A program made the position numbers and the translations under genes. Positions 44,701 to 56,439 of a stretch of DNA of 64,000 bases are shown piece after piece; within the stretch, counting starts at the first letter, position 1, and each line of letters opens with the position of its first letter. The stretch is from Chrysomallon squamiferum (lineage: Eukaryota; Animalia; Mollusca), in the NCBI GenBank assembly GCA_012295275.1, contig CM022669.1:11656001-11720000 (forward strand), in the 5' to 3' direction. Below the pieces are notes generated by a model. It searched no databases. It was not told where the DNA came from and saw only the letters and a program-made list of their open reading frames with translations.

Positions 44701-45747
44701 AGATTCACATGTAAACTGGATACACAATGCAGAAGACTGCCTTGCAGCTGAAGATAGTGTTAATTTAATAGTTAAATAAAAGGATGCCATTTTTATTTAT
44801 TTTTTTTATTTTTATTTTTTTACCAGTATCTGTAAGAATATTGGTCATTTGTTTCTTAGAATAAATAAATAAAGAAAGAAGGAAAGAAAAAGAAAAAAAA
44901 GAAAGAAACTGAAAGAGAAAGAGCAATGTTTAAAGATTTTCACTATATCTATAACATGTGGAGATCTTCCTTATCATTCTCACTCTTCTTCACTTGAATA
45001 TTATCAATATAATAAAACAACAACAATAATAAAACTAATAATAACATTAAACAAACAAACAGACAAAGAAACAAACAAACAAAAATAAAATAAAATAAAA
45101 TAAACAAACAATCAAACAAACAAACAAATAAACAAATCTAAAAGAGTCTTAAGCTATTAGTTCCACGTAATTGAATTCAGTCATCCTCTCGTCTACGCTG
45201 TTTCCTTTTGTGCTTTCTGCAAAATTCAGTCCAGTAGGCCAAGCAAAACAAGCGAACCCCGCAACCAATCGCACCGCAATTTAAAGCCAATTCATTTCTA
45301 AAACAATTTGTTTCTTTAAATCTCAGACAGGACGTTTTATATGAATGACTGACCTGTTTGGACATAAATAAGGATATCTCAAAATTTGAAAGAAAAACTC
45401 GAGTGCGAGATGTCTTCAAACTCCCTTCTTGTGGCTCCTTTTCCTATTTGCGGGACGTAATTTAGTGCGAGAGGAATGACAAAAATGACTTTTCTGTAAT
45501 GCATTGCCGGCAATAGATGGAACGCCGCTCGAATGTCGACGTTTCCAACGGTTTTTCTCGGTGATCGTTTCTAAATTATATATAACAACAAGGCGACAAG
45601 AAACGAAATAACATTTTTCATGACGGGTTGTAAGAATAAACTAATTTGTTCTGGATGATGAGGTCAAACGTGTCATCTCTCTGGTATTAAGTGTTAACTA
45701 GAACCATTTTCAATTTTACTACACCATTACCATTATTATTATTATTA

Positions 45748-45793
<46 letters not shown>

Positions 45794-46423
45794 ATTAGCA
45801 GTAACAGTAGTAGTAGTAGTTGCAGCAGCAGCAGCAGCCGCTGCAGTAGTAATAGTAGTGGTAGTAGTAATAGTAGTAGCAGTAGTAGTGGTAATAGTAC
45901 TAATAATATTACTCGTTGTTGTGGTTGTTTATCACATTGTCTTATCTGTGGTAGTAGCTGTTGTAACTGCAGTAGCATTAACAGCAGAGCAGTAGAAGAA
46001 GTAATAATAATATTCATATTCGTATTTAGTTTAATTTCATGTATCTATACAATTAAATAAATAAAACATTGTTGAATATTTACTAGAAACAAATAATTAT
46101 TAACTTAAAAGTTAATGAAGTCGGCGAATGAAGTTATTAAAGTCATTTTGATTCTGTATGCCCATGGTTTTGTGTTAAAAGATTAAATAAGATTTTACTT
46201 TCATCTTGGTTTGTTTTCTACTTCTCTATTACTCTTTCTTTTCTTTTCTTTTATTTACTTATTTGTATAAAAAAAAGATCAATCATTATTTGAAAAAACG
46301 AATTTCATTCAAAAGCAAAGAATCGTGTGAGTATAATTGTAAATATAAAATTCATCTTCTTAGCTGTTGTTAAAATGTTTCCTATTTATTTAAATATAAA
46401 TAAAACTAATTATTTTCTTCCTT

Positions 46424-46465
<42 letters not shown>

Positions 46466-46511
46466 CTTTTTTACCTCTTCACATTTAACAGTTTTTTTAA
46501 AGAACGAAAAA

Positions 46512-46565
<54 letters not shown>

Positions 46566-48053
46566 TTTAGACATATGGAATAAATAAGTCTTAATCTTTG
46601 CCTAGTATACTGATAACTGAATCTAATTATCACCGGACATCTCTACAGGCGTGTCCGCGAATACGTAGACTGCTTGCAACACACGCCTTGCTCGTTAGCT
46701 CCCTTCGCTCAACGCCAAAGCACGATGGTTACTGTAAATATTTGTAATGGCGTCGGCTCTTTAAATCTCTCAGACGAACAGCTCCGTCTAATGATTTTTC
46801 ATGTTTCCAATGTGGAAAGCCTGTTTGAGACATCAACGATAGAAAACTTTGAGTCTGGACCAAATATTTACCTACAAATAAAGCAAAAACTCCAATATTT
46901 TCTAGGTCTAGTCATGAAACGATCGCAGATTAAGGAACGAAATGTTATGTTGTCTTTTTTTTCCTTGCTTTTTTGATATTTGAAATAATTTTTTTTATTT
47001 ATTTATTTTTTTTCACCAGTTTGTGAATTGTTAACGTCCATGAGAATGATCAATACAAACTTTGATAATTACGTTTTAATGCTTGAATGGAAAAAAAATG
47101 ATATTTAATTTTAATTTTTTTTTTTTTTTTAATATTTCTCGGACAAAATTGTCTTTTACGAGCATTATCCGTGACATGCATCTATCTGTCCCATATTCCT
47201 CTTGTCAAAACATGCAGAAAGACTCGCATACGTGCATGTCTATAAGTATTCCAAAGCGCCTCTGTTTCTGGTCCCACAAGGTGTCATTTGTCTCCTCTGA
47301 CACCTGTTCATAATGTCACATGTCTTTCAGTGTTACCGGTTCCTTGTAAACCCACTTTTTATTTGTTGTTTACGGCCGCGACAACAACGACCTCCTTAGC
47401 GAGATTTTAATTCTGAGTGACCTTGCAACCCTCGTTCTGAAGTCCTCGCCTGTCTCTCTGAGGTCATGTGCGAGGCTGAGCAGTCCAAATAGAACTCTTT
47501 AGAAAGGATAAATGATGCAGTATGAAATGTTAATGTTTAGGGAGTTCATCTTTTTATTTTTTATTTTTATTTTTTTATTTTATCAAATTTCAGTTTTCGT
47601 CGGGATCGAGTAACAATCTTAGTGCTAGTGAAGGTTATACAATAACAAAAATGGCTTGTTGAGTATCCTTTCCTTCTGAGAGCGAGGCTGAAAGGATTTT
47701 ATAACCAGAGTGTATTTTCCAAACATACCTAGTCAATTTTACTCGATTAACGAAAATCTCGATTTCATGCCTGGCCATTTATCACCATGTGGTTAATGCT
47801 TAGTAAAAGACACACATTCCACATCACATAATAGGATCTGTTTCGTTTTTTGTTTTTTTATAATCAACGCTAACTAAATAATTTTTAACAATCTTTAAAT
47901 CTCCTGTTAAACCTCTGCAGAAAGGTTTTGCTGTGGTTTTATTTCTGTCGGTAATTTGTGACAATACGTTCTGCATATATTTCAGTATACTGCTTCATGA
48001 AATATATAAATGAATCATAAACAAAGCTATAACTCTATTTGTTTTCTCAAATC

Positions 48054-48063
48054 TTTATTTATT
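48054..48063 (-). terminator. Candidate polyadenylation signal (overlapping AATAAA) for copy A
   Basis: The plus strand reads TTTATTTATT ~65 nt past the stop. The motif is common in AT-rich DNA. Confidence 0.35.
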
Positions 48064-48127
48064 GACTTTCGTTTTTTGAATTAAATAAATAAAAGAAAAT
48101 CACAGTATCAAAGGAAGCAAGCGAATG

Positions 48128-48234
48128 TTAACAAGATCCACACCTTTTCGGACAGGACTCTTTAATAAATTCAAACTCGCAAGAACTGGTGGGCCAGGCC
48201 TTACAAAGTTTAAATTCGGGTTTTCTACAGTCAA
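48128..48234 (-). CDS. Copy A exon 10, ShKT domain VDCRKPEFKLCKAWPTSSCEFEFIKESCPKRCGSC*
   Basis: TATTTCAG| acceptor; 6 Cys ending CPxxCxxC, then TAA. Not shown in the ORF track. Confidence 0.9.
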
Positions 48235-48650
48235 CTGAAATACAAAGAAAACATTAATTGTTATAGACTATTTAAATTGTTCAACATATCTGTGTGAATT
48301 TTAAATTATTAATCCTTTTGTTGTTGTTCTTTTGTTTTGTTTTGTTTTTGGTGTTTTTGTTTTTTGTGAAAATAACAAACATACATAACGAGTTGATGTA
48401 TCCGACAGTGATGTAAAGTCGGGTTGTTATATAAACATTAGGCTTTATTTATTTATTTTATTTTATTATTATTATTATTATTTTTTTTTTTTTTCTGAGT
48501 TCTGTGTTCATGTTAATATAGCGTACATTATAATATAGTGAAATAGAGATTGATTACATGTGCGTACTTCGTTGTTCTATAATTTCTTATCAAATATTAC
48601 TGATCTTTACACATTAACCTAAAACAAAAAAGGTGTTTACAGAAACTTAC

Positions 48651-48722
48651 CTTCACATTTGCAAGTGTCCTCAGCCAGTCTTTCAGATTGTCTGCAAACC
48701 TTCCGATTACAACGAAATGAAT
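48651..48722 (-). CDS. Copy A exon 9, 4-Cys half module DSFRCNRKVCRQSERLAEDTCKCE
   Basis: 72 nt, phase 1-1, TTTAAG| and G|GTAAGT. Same length, open frame and Cys positions in copy B. Confidence 0.82.
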
Positions 48723-49294
48723 CTTAAATGAATTTAAGTATGAATAAATAAAAGTTTAAAGTCAGCGTAAAGCACTTAGGCTTTTAGTTGTCAAACAGAG
48801 ATGACCCTTTTACAGAGATATCTCTAGGAAAGTTGTTTAAAACGTGTTGCCTAGGATATTAAATACTGACAAATAAAACAAATAATAACTAAAATATTTT
48901 CGATCTTATATTGTATGGACATACCTCAGTGATTACAGTGTTATTTGCTAAGACTGATGTCTCGCAGGGTTAGTCTTCTGCCCAGCTCGTTTAGCGTTTT
49001 CATGGACGAGGTTCCCTGACTACGGAAAGACATTTGATAACCGTAGCCCAAGGAACTGAGCTAAAGGATTTAATGTCAAAATTTGTCGATGTCTCGTTCA
49101 ATATTTTTCCACTTATTGCAAGGGTTATTTTCTTATTATCATTATTACTCAGTGATTATCATTATCATTGTTGTTTGTTGTTTGGTGGTGGTGGTGGTGG
49201 TGGTGATGGTGGTGTTGCTGTCGCTTCTGTTCTTGTTATTCTCCAAACTGTTTTCAATATTCACCACTGAATACTAATAAGCATGTTCACTTAC

Positions 49295-49396
49295 CTAGCT
49301 CACAATTGTCGCCGTAAAAGTAAATTGATCTACAGACACAACGGCACGTGTTAATATCTAAATCTCCGAAGTGGTAACACAGTCTGCTACTACAGT
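49295..49396 (-). CDS. Copy A exon 8, EGF-like NCSSRLCYHFGDLDINTCRCVCRSIYFYGDNCEL
   Basis: 102 nt, symmetric phase 1-1, 6 Cys with a C.C....F.G..C ending; donor G|GTAAGT. Confidence 0.9.
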
Positions 49397-49403
49397 CTTC
49401 GTG

Positions 49404-49434
<31 letters not shown>

Positions 49435-49443
49435 ATACAAACA

Positions 49444-49486
<43 letters not shown>

Positions 49487-49889
49487 ATACAAAAATAAAT
49501 AAATAAATAAATACAAAAATAAAATTAAGAATAGTAATAATAAAATAATTTATTATTATTATTATACTGCTGCTCTTACTGCCAGTATTATTTCTGTTGC
49601 TGCTGCTAAAACAATAAGGATTAATACTTCTATTACCATCACAACTACCACTACTACTACTACCGGCTTCATTACAATCCTACTACTACTACCGGCATCA
49701 CCACACTACTACAACTACTACTACCATCAACAATGATAAAACTACCACTGTTTGAACTGCTGTTATTGCTGCTGCTAAAACAAGGATTAAAACTACTTTA
49801 ACCTCCATTCTACTGTTACATCTACAAGTACTACAACAGTTCCTGTTTCTAAAAAAATCGCCATTATTTCTACTACTACTACCACTGAA

Positions 49890-49926
<37 letters not shown>

Positions 49927-50079
49927 GTGTAAATGGATAAATGATAAACATTTATTATTCTATATTCAGTATTATTGCATTTCGTTATTTTATGACAATG
50001 TACTGTGTTTAAAATGTACGGTTTTAGATTAGCACCTGCATGTTTAATATATGTTATAAACATCAATAAATATTCTTAC

Positions 50080-50162
50080 TGCAGAGTTTATCAGAACACG
50101 AATTCGGGCAGGCCGCACAAGATGTACCATTTTTGTATGCAAGACGTGATTCTCCAACTAAT
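50080..50162 (-). CDS. Copy A exon 7, hinge LVGESRLAYKNGTSCAACPNSCSDKLC
   Basis: 83 nt, phase 2->1. CRISP hinge pattern Y..G..C..CP..C...LC; TTTTCAG| and |GTAAGA. Confidence 0.92.
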
Positions 50163-50557
50163 CTGAAAAAAAAATAAGAAAAAAATAAGAGAGAAAACAG
50201 TTGTAATGTCTTAAAACTTTGTATTGTGATACTTCTTTTTATTACGTTGATGATTTTGACTGGATTAGAGACAGGAAATCTCAGAATGTACATCATCATG
50301 ATGATTTTGACTGGATTAAGTACTGTAAATCTCACAATGTTCATAATGATTATAATTGTGACTGGATTAAATACTGTAAATAGTTAAAATTTTTAAATGA
50401 TGAAGGAATTCACGATCAGTAAATTATGAATTACATAAAACAAACAAAGAAGAAGAAGTAGAAAAAAGAATCTTGTTTTGAAATAATTTACATTATTAAT
50501 ATGTTATCTAATATTCAATATGTAAAATGTTCTCAAGAAATATGGAAATACGAGTGA

Positions 50558-50750
50558 GGGGACTGTAGTCCAGTGGTTATAGCGCTGGACTGATGTACAA
50601 AGTGTCGCAAGATCAATCATTTTTAGAATGATTCTCACATCATTTCCTTTACCAACGACTTTATTTAGCAAAACTGTCTGTGAGAGATTTCATGTAAATT
50701 ATTTATTTATTTATAATATAGCTATCGGAACAGCGGAAAGTTTGTACATT
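50558..50750 (+). mobile_element. Degenerate tRNA-derived SINE in intron 6 of copy A
   Basis: tRNA-like head GGGGACTGTAGTCCAGTGGTTATAGCGCTGGACTG (A-box like) without an intact cloverleaf. The head is missing from the equivalent copy B intron (~63305). Confidence 0.45.
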
Positions 50751-50889
50751 ATTATATAAATATATATAAAAATCATATAGGAAAAATTAATAATAAAGTG
50801 TCGAGAATATATATGTATTTTTTTTTTTCAACATTCTGTTATTGATTCATTCCCAGAATTTAATTTCATTTAATAATATAATAATAATA

Positions 50890-50943
<54 letters not shown>

Positions 50944-51058
50944 CAAATGACAAAAACAATAGTAATAAGGTAATTCTTTTTCAGTGAGGAATATTGATTT
51001 AATAAATTAAAATGGGTTAGTCTGTCGACTGAATTACCGAAATTAAAATCAAACTCAC

Positions 51059-51155
51059 CCCGGTGCATAGTTGCATACAAAGAGTAATGTCTGTATTGAC
51101 CATTTCCGCAAATGGCATATCCGCAGCCAATTCTAGATGTCATTGCAAACACCAT
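51059..51155 (-). CDS. Copy A exon 6, MVFAMTSRIGCGYAICGNGQYRHY / frameshift / FVCNYAPG
   Basis: 97 nt where phase requires 95 or 98. FVCNYAPG lies in a different frame from SRIGCG; donor GG|GTGAGT. Confidence 0.9.
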
Positions 51156-51231
51156 CTATTTTTCAATTTGACTCGATATAATTTTATACCTCATTCTGTC
51201 TGTATTACTTCAGCATCTTACATATGTATTT

Positions 51232-51274
<43 letters not shown>

Positions 51275-51554
51275 GTAACATATTTGTATGTATGTAGATA
51301 TATGTTTGTATATATGTACGTATGTATGTATAATGTATAAGTTTGTATATATGTACGTACCTTTATATTGTATTTGTATGCATAAATCTATGAACCTTTC
51401 TGTATGCACGTTTATATATGTGTGTGTGTGTATGTGTGTATTCATGTATGTATATGTGTATATGTATTTTACATATGCATGCATGCGTGTTTTTAATGTA
51501 TGATTCTGCAAATGTATCTGTATCTGTACGTATGTAGACATGATATATTTTTAC

Positions 51555-51703
51555 CTGGACGTAACCTGAAACTGGCTTTTGAGGATTGATAATGCCCTCA
51601 CCATACTTAAAGTTGCTCCATTGATTATACCATGCTCCTATTGCTGATATAAAAGAGGGAGAATCATAGGCACGATTTTGACCAATATACACATCAGGGT
51701 ATT
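51555..51703 (-). CDS. Copy A exon 5, (E)YPDVYIGQNRAY...AWYNQWSNFKYG...VSGYVQ
   Basis: 149 nt, phase 1->0, CTTTTAG| and CAG|GTAAAA. Contains GQN, W..(E>Q)...F.YG and the GHYTQ-equivalent motif. Confidence 0.92.
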
Positions 51704-52690
51704 CTAAAAGAAGGAAATTCATTTTAGTTGTGAAAATAATATAAAAATACTGAAAAGGTTATATATAAGAAATCGTTAACAATCTTAGGAAAACCATACA
51801 GACAGAGAATATACAGAAATAAGCCGATAAAAGTGTATTCACAGAAACAACATTTACATAAACACATAGGATATTTACTCATGTAATCAGTATTACTGAC
51901 AATGACACATATAATGAGAATTTGTTTTTTTAAACAGGTAATATGCAGACAGTCATGTATCGATAGATTCAAATTCTTAACTCTGTACCTCTGTACATAC
52001 ACATACCGAAGTCAGATAGAGAAAATTATATATATAGATACAAAAACAAATAAACACACACACAAACAAACAAAACCAACAACAAAAAAAACAGCAACAA
52101 TATATTATAACATTTTTGAATTAAACTTTCATGAAACATCATCACTTAACATCGAGTGGTCTTCAAATTTTCATTGTTTCAGATTTTAACATAAATAATT
52201 AACAAATAAAAAAAATAAACAAACAAACAAATAAATAAATAAATAACCAATAAGAAAACAACAAAAAAACCCAAAAAAAACAAACAACAAAAACAAACAA
52301 AAAAGGGAACAGATAAATAAATAAATATGTAAATGAATAAATAAACAAAGAAACAAATAAGTAAAGGAATAAACATACATCCAAACAACAAACCAAAACA
52401 AAACAAACAAACATAGAAATAAATAAATAATTAAATAAATAAATAAATAAATAAATAAATTAGTAAAAAAAAAACAAAAAAAAACAACAACAAACACACA
52501 AATAAACGAAAAGGAAACTAATAAATAAATAAATACGTAAATGAATAAACAGCAAATAAATAAATGAATGAATAAATAAACACATACCCAACCAAATAAG
52601 TAAACGAATAAGCAACCATAATAATCAAACACAATAATCAAATGAATAAACAAACAAACAAATAAACAAACAAATATATAAATGTCTCGC

Positions 52691-52781
52691 CTGGAAGAGC
52701 ACGGGCATGAGATTGTTCTTCTTCCACACTACACTGACGTGCCCATTTACCCGCCACTATGGCAAGTTTGTCATCCCATCT
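52691..52781 (-). CDS. Copy A exon 4, RWDDKLAIVAGKWARQCSVEEEQSHARALP
   Basis: WD..LA..A..WA.QC CAP motif and TTTAAG| acceptor. Ends at a non-canonical CAG|GCGAGA donor in phase 1. Confidence 0.88.
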
Positions 52782-52794
52782 CTTAAACAAACAA

Positions 52795-52825
<31 letters not shown>

Positions 52826-53947
52826 CATACAATCTGGAAGAAATCAGGAACTTTCGACATCTCGGAAAGGCTTATTAAAGAAAATATATACTGAAAATTA
52901 GCCATAAGTTAAAATTTGATATATATTACTACAAGTAAACTGGTGATGGGTGAAAGACTGAGAACGAAACTCGTAACGGGTTATATCAGTTTTTTGCTAC
53001 TAGTTAACTATCTTTCCCGCATAACACAATTTTTATAGAATTACAAGAACGTAAGAAAGAAGAAGTATTTCTTAGGAAGTATACTTGATGCTAAAACAGC
53101 AGAAAAGTGTCTGAGTATATTCTTGTAAGTCATGTCTTAATATGTCACATAATTACAAAGTTCATTCCGATATCTGTCATTTGTATCGTGTCATGAGATC
53201 CCAGATAAATTTGAGTCATTATTGCTTGAGAAGGTGCCCTACCCCAAAAGTTAACTAAGCAGACCTTTCTGAAGTTTACAGTGATAACAGAATTAGTGAT
53301 TTAAATACATACACAGTGCTACCTGGTTTGCGAAAAAAACCTATGAAAACTGAGACAGTGATAATGATTAAATTGGTGCATCACCTATTCAACATTGCCT
53401 TCAATTCATTAGGTATAATGTCCCTCTAATTTGGATGTAACATGTGAATAGGTTACTACGGCTGAATGATCTTATTTGCTTATTACTGAAAGTGACATGC
53501 ACTCTTGTGTGGAAACTTTCAGAAATATTCATTGTTTTAACAAATCTAACGTGTGTTATGAAAAGAAATTTTCTAATTACTAATCAGACTAAATACAATA
53601 CATCTACTTAAGAGACATTTGGTTTCAGCATTAATTTCGTTTACGTTAAAAAGATGGATACTGTAGAGCTGATGAATCCAAAACAGAAATTTCCTTGATT
53701 ACTCATCATAGTATTGAATAAAATATGCAAATTCAGCTGTTCATCTGCTAAAATAACTGTCACTGGTAAAATGTGTGGTTGAATAAGATCTTTAAACTAA
53801 TTAAAATTACTCTAAGTTAAGTGATTTACGATTGTCGAAAAACTGTTTTGTGGAACAGTTGAATCGTTTATGGTTGTCAGTAGTAATACCTACTGCATTT
53901 AACTACAACTAGTTAGAGCTTGATTAAAATAACTGACAGATTTTTAC

Positions 53948-54118
53948 CAACTGAACCATATCCTGGGCTGAGGGTACAACATTTCTACGGAAATCGTTGT
54001 GTAAATTTACGATGATCTGTTTATCAGCTATCGTCAGTCGACTCTCGGTGCCAATGTCCTTTTTACACATAGTGTGATCTGGTGTCAGCTTTACATATTT
54101 CCGAGGACACTCGGATCT
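53948..54118 (-). CDS. Copy A exon 3, RSECPRKYVKLTPDHTMC...LHNDFRRNVVPSAQDMVQL (CAP N-terminus)
   Basis: 171 nt, TTACAG| and |GTAAAA. Contains the HNxxR motif and HTMC, typical of invertebrate CAP proteins. Confidence 0.92.
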
Positions 54119-54158
54119 CTGTAATGTCAGTATTTGTGTAAGTATCGTGATGCAAATA

Positions 54159-54270
<112 letters not shown>

Positions 54271-54471
54271 TTATGCATGTATATGTATGTGTACGTGTAT
54301 ATGTTTTCATGTGTATATTAGTATATAGGCATGTTTGGATATATGTGTATGTATGTACGTACGCATGAATTTGCGTGTATATGAGTTTGGTTCGTTTTCT
54401 TGTTTTTCTTGTCTTTTTGTTTGTGTGTGGATATTTTTCTTGTTTATAGTATAAATTAAAACATTATTTAC

Positions 54472-54509
54472 TTTAGCCATTCTCACGTGACCTGCGTCAA
54501 AGCTGGCCT
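54472..54509 (-). CDS. Copy A exon 2, propeptide (E/K)ASFDAGHVRMAK
   Basis: TTTCCACAG| acceptor and |GTAAAT donor; 38 nt, phase 1->0. Forms a KR pair with the first codon of exon 3. Confidence 0.65.
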
Positions 54510-54876
54510 CTGTGGAAACAACAATTATAATAAACAAACACACACACACACACACACACATTGAGTTTTTATTTTAATTGGCTTTCTCGTTTGATTTCTC
54601 TATATTTTTCGTTGTTTTTTACTGTATGTATGTGTATATATATGTATGTCTATGTGTGTCTGTGTGTTTTTTTGTGTTTTTTTTTAATTTAATTTTTATA
54701 TTTATTTTTAGTTTTTAGTTTTTAATCGGTATTATTTAATGTTGATGAAATTTTCTGACAGATTACTGTGTAAATAAATATGCAGATCTCAGATATAAAT
54801 CATGAAATTATAGAGAAAGTGTCATTGTTTAACCTCAATACAGGCTGTTACCTGAATAATATTATTTTACTGTGAA

Positions 54877-54907
<31 letters not shown>

Positions 54908-55548
54908 AACATTAATTCAAAACTGTGTAGTGTATGTTTTATTATTTATTTATTTATTTTATTCAGTTTTTTGTTTGTTGTTTGTTTTCTTGGCTCCAGT
55001 ACTAATATTATAATAAGAACTGTAGCGTATCTACACAATAGTACAACTTTAAAATATCTGGGTGACGTCACACCTACGTAATTGCGAACAATACAGACCA
55101 ACTAAGTTTCTTTTACTGAAAAATACAGCTGGAACCTACGTACCCGATGACGTCATGACTCCATGTATCTAGAGGTAAGGTCTGCGCTCGAATGTTTTGT
55201 AACAACATTATTTTATTGTCAAAACAGCAAAATAATAATTTGGATTATATATAAATAAAAATACTACATCATTTATTCCTACCGCCATATTTTATTTTTT
55301 CGTTTTCTTCAGTTAATTTATAAATGTGTATAATTATATCGCTTACTTTATGATCAGTTTTTCTTTTCATAGTTCTTTTTTCCCACCAGTATTTATAAAA
55401 TGTCATTTATTTTAAACCAAAATAATTATATTTCTTAACTTCACTGACAGTGAACTTTTTAATTGTTTAAGTATGATTTCATACAGCAGCAGCAATAGCA
55501 ACAACAACAACAACAACAACAACGAAAATAATAATAATTATAATAATA

Positions 55549-55737
55549 CAGTTTGACATACCTTTATCCGAAATACTTGAGACATAATATTGTTAATAAT
55601 TCTGTTCATAAAATATAGCTTGTTTATGCAAAACAATTTGAAAATTGTAATATATCACTATTTTTGCTGCCCGGAAAACGTTTTGGATTCCGGTGCTTTT
55701 GAGATTTCGGAATTTCGGATGAGGAATCCTTAGCCTG
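55549..55737. mobile_element. Tigger-derived MITE (MER46/Tigger4-like) in intron 1 of copy A
   Basis: Imperfect TIRs CAGTTTGACATACCTTTATCCGAAAT / ATTTCGGATGAGGAATCCTTAGCCTG with TA and TG flanks, and subterminal ATTTCGGA repeats. Confidence 0.7.
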
Positions 55738-55816
55738 TGGTAATAATACTGTTAACGACAACAACAATACTAATACAGCAGGACATTCAATAACTTACTT
55801 TCTTCATAGGTCCTAC

Positions 55817-55868
55817 CTGCATCGACAAATATTGCGAGATAGATCAAACTGATGACTAGAGGAGACAT
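55817..55868 (-). CDS. Copy A exon 1, signal peptide MSPLVISLIYLAIFVDA (alternative donor after 55799 adds GRTYEE)
   Basis: ATG at 55868 and a hydrophobic core ending VDA. Donors G|GTAGGA (55817) and A|GTAAGT (55799) are both phase 1, matching exon 2. Confidence 0.65.
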
Positions 55869-56439
55869 GACCGGTAATCGAGAAGTATTCTGAGCCAAAC
55901 TGCCAATTATATACTATATTAATGAATAATAGAAAGAGTACTAATAACACTAAAATATATACACGTATGAAATATTAGCATAAAATGAAAAACAATACTG
56001 GAACAAAATAATAATAATAATTAAAAAAAAATAACAACACCTGTACGAATCTAATGCTTGTTATTACTGATAAAAAAATAAAAATAAAAAAAATAAAATA
56101 AAATAAAAGTAGTTAAAACGTCATACCTAAGACAAAAACGAACGACAGCCTCCAGTTATTCGTCAGTGCGGAGTGTCTGTTCAACTGGCGTTTTGTTTTT
56201 TTGTGTTTTTTATTGATTCTAACTTAAATCGGTTACGTAACCATCCAAATGGGTATTTCATTATTATACGTTTCGACGAATTTCTATTCATTTGTAATAG
56301 TTTATAAAGCTTTTGTTAGCGTTGGTATTTCAATATTGTATGTTTTGTCTACTATTCGTTTGTGCCGTGACAGTTTCTAATGCTTTTGTTAGCAAAATGA
56401 TTAGATTTTTTTTACTTATTATTCACGGCTATAGAGGGG

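Noticed and set aside
44015-44714. CRISPR-like array or repeat protein
   Set aside because: The 33-bp units are contiguous with no unique spacers, there are no cas genes, and the context is eukaryotic.
50558-50635. tRNA gene
   Set aside because: Only the 5' half is tRNA-like; there is no T-arm GTTCRA or acceptor stem pairing, so it is treated as a SINE head.
55907-55913. TATA box for CAP copy A
   Set aside because: It would imply a very short 5' UTR, and TATA-like words are ubiquitous here.
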